A stretch of 64,000 nucleotides of DNA, taken from assembly GCF_001194135.2 (NCBI RefSeq), contig NC_068999.1, forward strand, positions 38,193,677 to 38,257,676. The letters run 5' to 3'. A program made the translations under genes and the position numbers. Positions 24,845 through 37,978 of the stretch are shown piece after piece; positions within the stretch are counted from its first letter, which is position 1; every line of letters begins with the position of its first letter. The DNA is from Octopus bimaculoides (Eukaryota). The notes below the pieces were generated by a model. The model did not search any database, was not told where the DNA came from, and worked only from the letters and a program-made list of their open reading frames with translations.

Positions 24845-25500
24845 ACAATGACATCATCGACAGCGACAAATATAGAATGTGTGGTGAGAGGTCTGAAACT
24901 TTATGACACATCGTTAGCGAATGCCCGAAATTGGCACGACGTGAATACAAAAAGACGCCATGTCACATGTGGCAAGAATGATCCATTGGGAGCTCTGAGG
25001 AAATCACAGCCTAGAAAGAGCAAAGACTGGGTATGAGAAAACCCCAGAAGGAGTCACCGAGAATGAAAATTGAAAAATCCTGTGCGATGCAATGATGCAG
25101 TGCAATCATCTGACGTAACATTAGAAACCAGGCATTGTTGTGGTGAATAAAAAAGGAAAAAACATGTAGATGATCGGCATAGAATATTCAAATGTCAACA
25201 GGATCAGAGAGAAAGAAGAAAAACTTAATGACTATGGCGATTTGAAGTGGGGAAATACAATGGATGTAGTCAATGAGGAGACAAGATACCCATAGTAACT
25301 GGAGCACTTGGAAGTATCAGAACTCAACAACCAACATGGCTCTCAAAAAGATTGATACATATGTAAAGGTGGAACACCTACAAAAATCAGCATTGCTTGA
25401 AACTGCAATAATCCTTCGCTCTTGAAGCGTGACCTTTAAACAAATGTCACCTTAGTTTGCTGGCTGTGGACAGCTGACACTTAACCAGCAAAATGAACAG
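24845..25500 (+). mobile_element. R4/Dong-like LINE 3' fragment, unit 2 (zinc knuckle plus RLE)
   Basis: YRMCGERSETL*HIVSECPKLARREYK-RRH is the C-x2-C-x8-H-x4-C knuckle with the first Cys mutated. It continues MIHWEL..KPGIVVVNKK..IVTGALGS..HLQKSALLETAIILR. Confidence 0.9.
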
Positions 25501-25530
25501 ATTGTTCATCAAATAATAATGATGATGATT

Positions 25531-25900
25531 ATGTTGGTCCCTGGATTGTTATCCATGCGAGAAGTGCAAAAGATTGTTTTAACTGGTACGTCACACTTAT
25601 TGAGAAGAACATTGTCGCTGAGAATTTACTGTCCTTTTCTCCCCTTTAATTTCTTGGTTTTCTTTTTTCTTTTTTCACTTTCTCTATTTTTTAAATATTT
25701 ATTCTAGCCTTTTTTCTTTCTTTCTTCTCTTTTTCTATCACATTACTTGGCTTTGTCAGTGAAAGTCTGGTATGTTGATTTTAGTGTTTTATCAATGTAT
25801 ACAGTGAGTTTCTTTGCCCTAGGTGTCAGGAAGACATCCGGCAAGAAATGGAAACAAAACTGAGAGAAGAAAGAGAATAGTGGTGATAAGTATAATATAA
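25531..25900 (+). mobile_element. R4/Dong-like LINE 3' end, unit 3
   Basis: VPGLLSMREVQKIVLTGTSHLLRRTLSL followed by a T-rich UTR. Confidence 0.75.
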
Positions 25901-25914
25901 ATAATATTAATAAT

Positions 25915-26080
25915 TGAAATCCCATGCAATGACTTGCAAAAAGCAGCCTTATTGGGCACATCTTAAGGAAAGTATTATCCGTCTGAGGTCATTGTTGTAT
26001 CTTGACAGATGACTAAAGATTTCGGTGCGCTTTTACCTACACTGTGTTACGAACGAACGAATAATAATAATAATAATAAT
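25915..26080 (+). mobile_element. R4/Dong-like LINE 3' end, unit 4, with an (AAT)n tail
   Basis: EIPCNDLQKAALLG-HILRKVLSV* plus UTR, then (AAT)n at 26060-26080. Confidence 0.8.
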
Positions 26081-26287
26081 GACGTAAACCACTTGTAACT
26101 TTAATGTAGGCAGCTAAACAGACAATAGTGTCTCAGACAAATTAGATAATTAATCAAAATAATTAATTACCTATATTTACGAAATAAATAATGTAAATGC
26201 AATAACTAAAGTTTACTCACGCATCTATCTTTCTGTCTCTTTCTATACACATACACAGAAATATACTTACACATGCATGTGTTCCGT

Positions 26288-26386
<99 letters not shown>

Positions 26387-26467
26387 NNNNNNNNNNNNNN
26401 NNNNNNNNNNNNNNNNNNNNNNNNNNNNNNNNNNNNNNNNNNNNTATATATACATATATATATATAT

Positions 26468-26603
26468 ATCAGTGGTGTAGAGAGGGGAGGCTGGTATGCA
26501 TGGTCGACTGCTGGTCTTCCATAAACAACGTTGCCCGGACTTGTGCCTGGGAGGGTAACTTTCTAGGTGCAATCCCATGGGCAGTCATGACCGAAGGGGG
26601 TTT
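26468..26603 (+). mobile_element. SINE family C, 3' half (5' part lost at the gap)
   Basis: gagaggggaggctggtatgcatgg..ccataaacaac.ttgcccggacttgtgcc..ctaggtgcaatcccatgg..gaccgaaggggg recognised from memory as the 3' half of an octopus SINE. Not database-checked. Confidence 0.6.
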
Positions 26604-26821
26604 CAGAATATATATAATCTTTTAGCTCTTCCTTGCTTCAGTCGTTGCACTACGTCCATGCTGGGGTAACTCCCTAATGAATTACGTTTTTACTCCTCGT
26701 ACTTATCCTAGCGGTTTCTTTTGCCAACCCACAAGAATACTGGGACACAAACACTCAACAACGGTCCTTAAGCAGTAGTGGAGAGAACAAGCATGCACAC
26801 ACACACACACACACACACATA

Positions 26822-26958
26822 CGGCGGGCTTCTTTCAGTTTCCTTCTACCATATCCACTAAGACATTTTTCAGTCTGAGGTTATAGTAGAAAACACTTGC
26901 CCGAAGTGTCGCGCAGCGGGATTGAACCCAAAGTCATTCGCTTGGAAAGCAAGCTTCA
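26822..26958 (-). mobile_element. tRNA-headed SINE family B
   Basis: The reverse complement aligns to 28562-28725 (ggttcaatcccgctgcg, ggcaagtgttttctactata, gaaagaagcccgccg). Confidence 0.8.
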
Positions 26959-27831
26959 CATATATATTTTAGAAATTGTTATTTATCACGAAGACAGAAA
27001 ATGTTTATTCGACTCAAGAATAATTTATAAACTGCTCTATCTTAAATGAAACAGACTTGCGAGACCGTTTGGTAGAGATGCGAGATAAATCACAACTATC
27101 ATCTAAAAACAAATTACACTTCAAGAGATGTGACGTTGCTGATTGCTTTCGTTGTAGTTGCTCTCTCCTTAGATACACACAAACACTTTGATTCAATGAA
27201 TTTCGAAAATTTCAACTCTACAGTGCGCGCTCACACAAACACAAACACAAACACAAACACACACACACACATTAATGTATCAAAGCTATTTATCATTTAT
27301 CATCTGTTCGATGACAACAACCAGAGTGCAGGTGCTTTGTCTTCTGCTGTCTTCCCAGTGAATTTTTAGTGAGATCCAGGTTTGGTTCTAATTTTGTCAA
27401 TTTTCTTGTGTGTGAGAGAAGGAGAGAGAGATGGGAGAGAGAAAGAAAGGGAGAAAGCGTACGTATGTATATGCGTATAAATATAGCTGAGGAATTAAAA
27501 TTAATCAAGACATACTAGGTATGTCTATCTGCTTGAAATAACAGTCAAAACTCGTTATTAAATCGCAAAAAATACACTGGTGATGACTACAGAAATCAAA
27601 CGAGGGCAAAATCGGTTAAGACAATCTACTTACATACATTTAAGTATTTGGATTCACGTGCACTACTTTCTGCACTGGCAAAATGAGCCTTAGCTTCTTC
27701 AGCACGCATTACCAAGATAAGAGATTCCCAACCTATAGTTCTGAAGTCTGTGCCGCTACTGATTCGTTTTGCCTCGAAATCACAGCAGCTACCAGTGTAA
27801 AATAATCTCGAAGACATAAAGAAATACGCAC

Positions 27832-27834
<3 letters not shown>

Positions 27835-27920
<86 letters not shown>

Positions 27921-27962
27921 NNNNNNNNNNCTCTCTCTCTTTCTCTCTCTCTCTCTCTTTCT

Positions 27963-28009
<47 letters not shown>

Positions 28010-28020
28010 ACACACACACA
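27835..28020. repeat. (CT)n microsatellite with a 10-N gap
   Basis: Directly visible. Confidence 0.95.
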
Positions 28021-28021
28021 C

Positions 28022-28140
28022 GGCTTTGGTCGGCCCAATTCTATAGTAGAAGACACTTGCCCAAGGTGTCAGCCAGTGGGACTGAACCCGGAAACATGTG
28101 GTTCGTAAGCAAACTAATTACCACACAGTCACTCCTACGC
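28022..28140 (-). mobile_element. tRNA-headed SINE family B, 5' part
   Basis: The reverse complement reads gcgtaggagtgactgtgtggtaa..ccgggttcagtcccactg..ggcaagtgtcttctactatag. Confidence 0.85.
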
Positions 28141-28392
28141 ATACGTGTAAAATATTGGAAAATTTTTGGAGACAGTTGACGGAAAAAATCTACAATAAAA
28201 TTCTAATTGATAAATATGAATTTTAGCTAAAACACAAGGGTAAAGTAAACCTCGTGGTATGAAGAATCAACACAACACAACGTGCGGTTGTCAGGGTAAT
28301 AAGCTGTACCACATAAGGTTTGCACAATTTGCTCTTGCATACCATCTAAACACACATACGTACATGCATACTTACACACACACACACACACA

Positions 28393-28434
<42 letters not shown>

Positions 28435-28561
28435 TACATATACATATACATATACATATATATATATATAGAATTGGGTTTGGGGTTTGAAAATGCACCG
28501 AAGTCTTAAAGCTTATTGTAGTTTTTAAATTTTGTGACATTAAGCTAAATTCCTATATATA

Positions 28562-28725
28562 GGCGCAAGCGTGTCTGAGTGGTAAGAAGCTTGCTTCCCA
28601 AACACATGGTTCCGGGTTCAGTCCCACTGCGTAGCACCGTCGGCAAGTGTCTTCTACTATAGGCCTCAGGCTGACGAAAACCTTTTGAGTGGATTTGGTA
28701 CACGGAAATTAAAGAATCCCGTCGT
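28562..28725 (+). mobile_element. tRNA-headed SINE family B, 5' part
   Basis: A-box-like gtctgagtggtaa, B-box-like ggttcagtccc, body ggcaagtgtcttctactatag. Confidence 0.85.
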
Positions 28726-28802
28726 GTGTGTGTCTGTGTGTCATTTTGTACGCTTATACATCTGTGTATGTATGTCTATGCTTATAGATATGTCTATGTT
28801 TA

Positions 28803-28882
<80 letters not shown>

Positions 28883-29830
28883 GTGTGTGTGTAGTTATAT
28901 GATAGATAGATTAAAAATGGTACAATCAAGAAAGTATTAGAAGCGCAGTTTGACGAGCGGTAGGGATAACATCTGATTGTCTGGTCAATCTGGTGATACA
29001 GTGACATTTATCTATACACACACATATATATATATATACATACACACATACACACACGTATGAATGAGTGGGGGCCGCATTTGCGTGCCTAATGTGTTTG
29101 CATCTGTTAGTGTGTCTGTGTCTTTTTTGCAGAGAAAGTTCCTAGTAATATATCTGTCGTCACGCGTGAATTGCCTTTGAAAATGCGGTGAACCATTCAG
29201 TGATCGACATCATTGTAGATATGAAACTTACGACGCTCTTCTTCGTAAAAGGCAAATGGAATGAATGAAAAGAAAGTGCCTGCTATCCGATTCTCTCTTA
29301 TTTATTTATTTTTTCTTATTTTTCGTAACCTGCGATAAACCAGCAACAAACGTGAAGGAGAAAGAACAAATTTATCTCACATGATTATCTAAAAGCTCGT
29401 ACCTCTTTTGAGGTTCTACAAGCGGGGCTTTTAGAAGGCATTCCAGATTTAAATGTTATTACATGTGAGCATACCGAATAGAAAATCCTCGCAGAATAAA
29501 GGAGAGTCGTAGAAGGAAAGGATAAAAAGAAAAAGAACAAAGGGGATGGGAAGAAGAAGAAGAAAAGAGAAATTCGAAGAAGAGCTTGACTGGAGGTAAT
29601 GTTATTCTCGTGTTTAAGTATTGATTGAAAGTTCTTTCGTGTATTTTATAGCGATTTCCTGGTTTCGTGATCCACTCTAACGTTTGCGAGGTGTGTAGAA
29701 CAAGATTTACAGCACCTAACATCTGCAAATATATGCATGCATGTATATGCAAATATATATATATATATATGTATACATGTATATATACATGTATAAATGT
29801 ATACATATATATATACATATGTGTGTATAA

Positions 29831-29868
<38 letters not shown>

Positions 29869-30221
29869 GTGTGTATATATATATACATGTATACATACAT
29901 GTGTACAACATATACACACGCGCACACATATCTATATACATTCTATTCCTAATTTTATTCTTCCATTTTCTCTATATTTGTTTTTCGTCATCCCACACAT
30001 TTTCTCTTTCTCTCCAGATTTCTTTCCCTCTTCATCCTTTTCTCTTTCTTTCCTTTTCAGTGTATGCGTTTGTGCGTATGTTCTCGCATGTATGTGTGTA
30101 TGTGTGCGCATGACATGTACATATACTATCTAATTCAGCTGTTATTTTTCGAAACACTATAAATAAGCCACTACGTTGATCTACACAATCCGTTCAGATG
30201 ATATTTACTCGAAGCAGAAGA

Positions 30222-30224
<3 letters not shown>

Positions 30225-30260
<36 letters not shown>
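30225..30260 (+). repeat. Poly(A) run of 36 nt
   Basis: Directly visible. Confidence 0.9.
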
Positions 30261-30261
<1 letters not shown>

Positions 30262-30419
30262 CAAAAGCTTAAAAACTAATCAATTGGATTAAACACGTTG
30301 GTTGTGTATTATAAAACTGAAACCGAAGCAACCAGCATTTTTATCCTTTGACTCAAAAGATATTTTTTCTCGACGTCTTTTTAGTAAATGTTAAGAGTAA
30401 AATAATCTTGATATACACA

Positions 30420-30600
30420 TAGGCACAGGTAGGGCTGTTTGAGTAAAAAGCTTGCTTGATAAACATGTGGTTTCTGATTCCAATGCTCACCTCGGGCGAG
30501 TATCTTCTTATAATACATGCTAGACCTAAAAGTAAGTACTAAAATCGTGTTCTAGTAAACTGTTTAAGATGGTGACCCAGCATGGCCGCAGCCCAACGAC
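30420..30600 (+). mobile_element. SINE family B, degenerate and internally deleted
   Basis: Head aggcacaggtagggctg..aagcttgctt and 3' end ccagcatggccgcagcc. Confidence 0.55.
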
Positions 30601-31024
30601 GGACAAGTAAAATATAAGAGATATGCATATTTACGCACAAAAATGGAGGTCAAACGAAAAAAGGAAAACGCGCCATGCTTCAGCTCGACACACTTCACTC
30701 CATATTTAATTCCAGAGCAACTTGTGTAACGGCAACCTATCTGCAATGACCAATGTTCTCAGTCACCACAAACGTCAACCAAAGAAATAATTGAAGGAAG
30801 GATTAAATGAAACAATAGGAAACGAACAATAGCGACGACAGCGTCGAGATATTACAAACATTAACGTTAATGCTGATTATATAAACGATATAAAACCAAG
30901 GGACTTAAGCTTATGATTATCAAAGTGATATATAAATATAAGTATTGGTCACTCTACCGTCGACACAAAATCTGAAATCTTTGGAAGACGGATGAGTCGA
31001 ATGATATTAGCACTAGTATTTCGC

Positions 31025-31162
31025 TGGTGTTTATCTTATCGATCCCGAGAGAATAAATGACAATATTGACTTCGGTGGCATTTGAACTGAGATCGTAAAA
31101 AACCGGAAAGCATGTGACTCAGCATTTTGCCTGGCTCGATCACGATTCTGCCATCTCGCCGA
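31025..31162 (-). mobile_element. SINE family A, 5' part
   Basis: The reverse complement reads ggcgagatggcagaatcg..cagttcaaaatgccaccgaagtc..gggatcgataagataaacaccag. Confidence 0.7.
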
Positions 31163-32713
31163 CTTAATAAATATAAGAGATATATGTAAAGTGTAAGCGA
31201 TAATATTAAGGCTGTTAAATAATAAACTTATATAACAAATGACAAAATACAGCGGAATTAACAGAATAAAGGAAGGATTCAACACAGTTTTCATTTATCG
31301 AAATAGCCATTCATAAGGCAGTGGTGATCATATCTCTCGGAAAATGAAATTTGTTCGAGATACCAGGCAGTAGAATTGAAGCAAAGAATTCATGGTTACG
31401 AAGGTAACTTAGCTATACGGCCACACTGTGCCTATGCGTATACATATATTTATACATACATACACATATATTTACATTTATGTATGCGTCTATTTTTATG
31501 AATATGTTTGTGTATGAGTGTGCGTGTGTGTACATATATTGATGTATACGCATGTGTATATATAGATATATATGTCTGTTTCCTTGATACATATGCGTAT
31601 TCAAAATATATGTATCTATGTATTGTATTCTTGTTGAAGAAATGAAATATGAAGATTATATATTTTTATAAAAATCTTTATGCAATACGAGTGAAAAGTT
31701 AGGCAAGCTTTTAAATACAAAAAACAAAATATTCTATTAACGTATATGGATTCTTCAATGCATCTATTATTTATGTGGGAAGATTTGGCTTGATTTTCTA
31801 TCTTTTCTGAAATGTATTTATTTATTTATTTATTTATTTATGTGTTTCAGCCAAGTGGCTGCGGTCATGCTGGTGCACCACCGTATATTAAACCAATATA
31901 AAATAAAATCATATTTTTGCTTTAATTTTTGGCCTAATTTTACATGTTTTGCCACATGTCTCGACTACATTTATTAAACATCTTTTTCTTTTTCTAAATA
32001 TTCATGTAACATATGCATTATATTGTTTCTCAACAAATGTTTATAATATTAACCTGCTGCTTAATATAAACCCGAAACGTAACATCGAAAATTATCACCA
32101 AACTCTTGTGACGTCAGATCTTTCCGGGTGGGAGGTAACAAAAGCTTACAGTACCGACCTTGACATCAAATAAAAGCATTAGACATGAGATATCAGCTGG
32201 CATGGTTATAAGCATTCTTTCAATGTAACGAAACCATGTTTCCATGCAAATGTATTGAGTTCTTTATTACAATTTGACCATAAAATGTGTTTCTTACAAT
32301 TTGGAAAATATCTCTTCTTCTTGATGTGGTTATTGCAGCCGTTGTCGTCCTTGCTGTTGCTGTCGTTGTTGTTCTTATCATTAGTAATAGTAGAGGAGGA
32401 GGAAATGGGTAGACAGAAAGAATATTAGATAGATAGATAGATAGATAGAATGGAATGGTAGATAGAATAGTAGATGGATTTTGTTTCGTGCGAATAATAA
32501 TTACGCTGGCACGGAACTATTTGCCATTGAATTACTATAGCTTCTTGGCTAATAAATACATACATACGCACGTGTGTGTGTATGTATGTATGTATATATA
32601 TATATATATGTATATACACACACACACAAATTATGCATATATATATGTGTGTGTGTGTGTGCGTACTCTTTATGTAATGTTTTATCTTGCAATGACAAAC
32701 GTGTGTGTATACA

Positions 32714-32778
<65 letters not shown>

Positions 32779-33767
32779 GTGTACGTGTGTATGTGTGTAT
32801 ATATATATGTATATGTATATGTATATATGCACACGCATATGTCTGTACTTACGTATTCATTGCAACGGAGTTCTACGCGTTGAAAATCATTCTTCAAAAT
32901 CTGCTGTATTTTCGCTAAAGTAAATCAGTGTGCCTTCCCTTCTAATACGAGTGATATCATAATCACACAGTCATACATGCATACACACATACATTCACAC
33001 ATACCTCTAAATATACATACACACATATATATCTAATACATATTAATACATGCATATATACATATATCATACATGTGTGTGTGATAGTGTGTATGTATCT
33101 GTATTTAAATATGCATACCTGCATGTATTTACCTTCTCATTTTATGCTTCCATTCCGAATCTGTCTTTTCCCTCTTCCCTTCAGTTTTATCTTTCCTTCT
33201 TCTACCCTTCACTATCATATCTATTTGTATACCTGACGTTACCAAATACACACACGCACTCCTCTAACAATGTGTATACGCACATACATGCAAACATATA
33301 CACACATATATACACGTATATACGTATACATACTTATGTATATATGTGTATATATATATATATGTATGTATGTATGTATGTGTATATATATATATATATA
33401 ACATATCTGTGCTTCGTTCTCTCTCTCTCTCTGCCTTTTATCTAATCTTTCTTCGATGACGACGATATATAAAGCACTCTGTTGGTCTTCTGATTCGTTT
33501 CAAGAAGTATATGGAAGAAGGAAGAAGGAAAAGAGGATCAACAACAACAAGAGAAAAAGAAGAGGAGGAAGTGAGGGTGGAGGCGGAGGAAGAGAAGGGG
33601 AGGAGTAAAAATCCAATCAATTGCATATAACATGTTGGCAACGTGTTATAAAAGTAAAACTTGAGCTACAAAGAAAATATTATCCTTGGGCTGAATAAGT
33701 TATTCAACGTCTGTATTCTTGCTGCATGTTGAGAAGAAGAAAACTGAAAGATATACACGTGTGTGGA

Positions 33768-33812
<45 letters not shown>

Positions 33813-34167
33813 CACATACATATAGCTCTATGTATACATACACTCTCTGTGTGAGAGAGAGATAGAGAGGGTGGTGACCGTAATAATCCGCAATAAGAAA
33901 GCACTCACTGTTACAAACAGACAAGGGGCATTTCACGGATGTCATGAGTGTCGTTCCTTCGGAGAAGAGTCGAAGTGTATGCGTTTGCATAAGTATAATA
34001 GCGTCAGAGAAAATGTGTTGCTCTATTTGTTCGAGTGCATTGTGGTATGAAGTCAAATGCTGCTAAAGTCAGATTTGCCTTTCATTCTTTCGGTGCTAAT
34101 AAATAAAGCACTCGCCTTGCTCCGCGGTGACCTTCTTTTCTCGTCATGTCACATCTTCTGTGTTCAG

Positions 34168-34290
34168 CTGAGTCAAGTATGAAAAATCTTTGAGGTTTTC
34201 TGCATCTACTCGCGACTTCACGATCACCCCTAAAGCAACTAGCGAAGACATGGTGCATGCTACCGAATCATCCTCGATTGCGAATGGCAG
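34168..34290 (+). other. Candidate 123-nt exon (5' UTR plus a possible start codon at 34250)
   Basis: Pyrimidine-rich acceptor cttttctc..ttctgtgttcag| and donor GGCAG|GTATAG. All three frames are blocked just after the acceptor. gacATGG opens MVHATESSSIANG (phase 2). Confidence 0.3.
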
Positions 34291-35081
34291 GTATAGTTTA
34301 TAGAGAGATAGATATAATTTAATGTGTCTGTGACAGAAAATGTATATTGCAGATTAATCTCGTTTCGTATTTCGAGTGTTGACTAAATATTGCAGATGAA
34401 TGGAAAATATTTTATTTTTTCCTTAAGAAAATAGATAGGTTATTATAAACCTGTTTCATGGATCATCGTCACATCCTCAGAGAAGAGGTACCTTTATTGT
34501 TCGGTTTCCCAAACAACTAATAAAATAAATCGCTATATATAACAGCAGTTTATCAAGACGTACCATAAAGAGTCTGTTTTGTATATCAGTCACGTAAAGT
34601 AAATTAAATAATAGCCATTTATATATAACATGTCTTAAGAGAACCTTAAAACATATAAAACATAGATAATACACGGTTGTTTATTTAACATCTTTATAAA
34701 TGACAGATTATTTGTAAATATCTTGTTCTCTGAAGTAAGCAGAAAATGTTAATTCTTGTACATGTGTTTCGGAGATAATTTGCCGCCGATATACTTTTCG
34801 AAGTTTCAGCTATGAATATTCTAACCGATATGGAAATATCTATTCTTCTCTTACTGCTCTCTGTTTGCTTAAGAGAACACCAGGTTTTCAAAGTCTACCA
34901 TGTCCACCAGTATATATATGTTTACATACTGTACATATACAAATACTCATATACATGTACACATATATATACATATACATTATAATGAAATAATTGTGAA
35001 GCATTGTGTATAATATATTGTATAAAAGATCGTGGGTAAGGCCAAAATAATGCGAAGTAAATGCAAGGTAAATCACAAGAA

Positions 35082-35174
35082 GACAAATATGTCATTGATG
35101 CTTCGAGCTGTCTAGGATGCGTTGGTTCCACGACGGAACTCATATTCATAAACACGAATTTTTCATCTATCCAT
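35082..35174 (-). mobile_element. Mariner transposase N-terminus fragment
   Basis: MDR*KIRVYEYEFRRGTNAS*TARSINDIF matches mariner starts of the type KIRxIFxYEFRRGxNAxxTARNIN. Confidence 0.75.
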
Positions 35175-36263
35175 GGGTTCATGAAAATTGATTTACAAGA
35201 ACCAAGACTGTGAGATAATACATTTATTCTATAGACTACAGCTGTATCGTAATCTGTAATCAGTTACACCATCAACACTAAAGCACCCTACATCCATAAA
35301 GATATAAATATTGGTGTACAGTAGTTGTTGTCTTGTAACATGAGCAATAAGATTATTCTTCAGAATAGTTTATGGGCTTCAAATATTTCACCGTCGAACG
35401 AAGCAGGGTCGACTCAATTTACATCTATTGATATGTGATTCACTTCAGTACAGTGAGTCGTTTTAGGTATCAGACTGGAACATATTAACATGAGTAAATT
35501 AAACAACAAAGAAAAGTAAATAAAACATTATTAAGTAAACTAAAGCAGCTAATCAGCGACTTGTTTACCAAACTTTGGCCAGACAATACATCTACAAAAG
35601 GATGGGGGTGTGAAGTAAAGAGGTATTTCGCCTTGTTTAAGGATTTTCAATGTCTAACACCTATTTGCCACCTGTCAGAACGAAATACGGACTTCGATTT
35701 ATAGGAGGCAATGAATAATCCATTCACTGATAATGCAGAAAGCTTACCGGGCTGTGAAAAAGCTCGGTGAACGCAAATGATAGAGCGTTAAATTATAATC
35801 GTTCTTGGTGTATCAGCGATGTTAATATAATGTTGTTTCAATTACATTCAACGAAAATTAAAGAGCTATTGAAACAGATGAATAATTAACAGATAAACAA
35901 ACAAAAGGAAATAATTATATATAAAAAAAAAATAAAATAATCAAAAGTTTCGAAATAATTTTATAGTATTTATGTCATATTTACGACGAGATAAATTTTG
36001 GTTAAAATATCAAGAATGGCGGGGAAAGAGAGCAGGTAATGAGAAAGAAAATACATCTATAGATACGTGAAAATACATGTATAGATAAACAAATGTATAT
36101 AGATAAGGAAATATAGATGGGCTGGTGCATGTATGTGTGCGCACATACATACACATAAATAGAGAAACTCGGTTTTAAAAAAATGCTAACCTACGAATTG
36201 AATGCCTTCTGTTGGAAATTTATCTTAGCAGCAAGAGATTATATATGAGTGTATGTTTACGCT

Positions 36264-36319
<56 letters not shown>

Positions 36320-36689
36320 CACATGCAGTGTGAGACACAGAGGGTTTAAATATTCCTAAATAAATAAAGAAAAATGCAATAAATAGAAGAAAAAATACAG
36401 AATCGGCAATTATTTCTCATTAATTCCCAGATACGTTATTTTACGAATTGTGTATAATAGGACGGCATAATTATCATTAGCAGAATGGTTACGGAAACTG
36501 ACAAATGATTTATTGTTTATTGCAGGTTTATTCTTTAGTCAAGCACACTGTATTAAAAACTAATTAATATATAAGGGAGTAAAAACTACTGGTGGCTGAA
36601 CTGATGGAAAAGCAGTGATTTAGAAGAACAAGTTGAAATATATTCGGATTATATATTAGCAGAGTGGGTAAAGCGTTTGATAGAATCTC

Positions 36690-36960
36690 GCTTTGCAACC
36701 ATGTGATTTCAGGTTCAGTCCCACTGCACGGCTTTCAAGCAATTGCCTTCTATAACCTTGGGCCTACCAATGGCTTGTGTGTGAATTTTTTTGGTTAGGC
36801 GGAAACTATGTGGAAGCTTTTCTTATACATATCTATATCACAAAGAGTATGTGTGTGTGTACCTGTGTCTATTTTTCCACTACTTGACAGTCGGTGTTGG
36901 TTTGTTTGTGTCTCCATAACACAGGGGTTTAGCAAAAGAGGACAGAATAGTGACCAGACT
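36690..36960 (+). mobile_element. SINE family B, degenerate near full length
   Basis: caaccatgtgatttcaggttcagtcccactgc..gcggaaact..cttgacagtcggtgttgg. Confidence 0.7.
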
Positions 36961-37041
36961 TCCACTAACTTTCCCCCCTTAACACCGCAGGCCATCTTTT
37001 CTAAATATACATTTTTTTTTAGAGAACTGGTATTTGTTCTG

Positions 37042-37044
<3 letters not shown>

Positions 37045-37109
<65 letters not shown>

Positions 37110-37150
37110 CTGTCTCTCTCTTTCTCTCTCTTTCTCTCTCTCTCTCTCTC
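37045..37150. repeat. (CT)n microsatellite
   Basis: Directly visible. Confidence 0.95.
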
Positions 37151-37649
37151 CTGCTAGAATTGCAAAGGACGACTATTATACAATAAAAGTCTAAGAAAAC
37201 AAATTAAGAATCATATGAAATATTCAATATAATGAAAATCATTTTAGGCAAACGTTTTTCTTTTACAAAGAACGTTTTAGAAATAATTTCTGTTTTTTTA
37301 AATGGCAGTACTCCAACATGATCATAATTCTAATTTAAATATCGAAATAAACGGTTTCGTTCCTCTTATTCTGTCAGTTGACCACCCTGTTGGAAATAAC
37401 TCATTATGTTAAGTTAAACACTAAATTTGTTTTTGTTTCATTAGTCGTTTTAAATATTTCGCTTTGTATTTTCTTCTTTTCAATTGTATAATTGACTAAT
37501 GAAATATCTAATTAGATATCAAACTGTAGATTTATCAGATTTGGCGAAAAGTAATTTCTGATTTGTATCATTCTCTTTTCTCGATGTTTTCTTCTTTCCC
37601 TTCCTCCCTCCTTCTTTCCCTACATACAAATATATGCAAGTTTACGTAT

Positions 37650-37978
<329 letters not shown>

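Noticed and set aside
28562-28635. tRNA gene
   Set aside because: A/B-box-like motifs are present but there is no cloverleaf, and the sequence continues into the SINE body seen in other copies.
29667-29740. CEVC..F zinc-finger-like start
   Set aside because: The His pair is absent or misplaced, and the frame runs straight into microsatellite.
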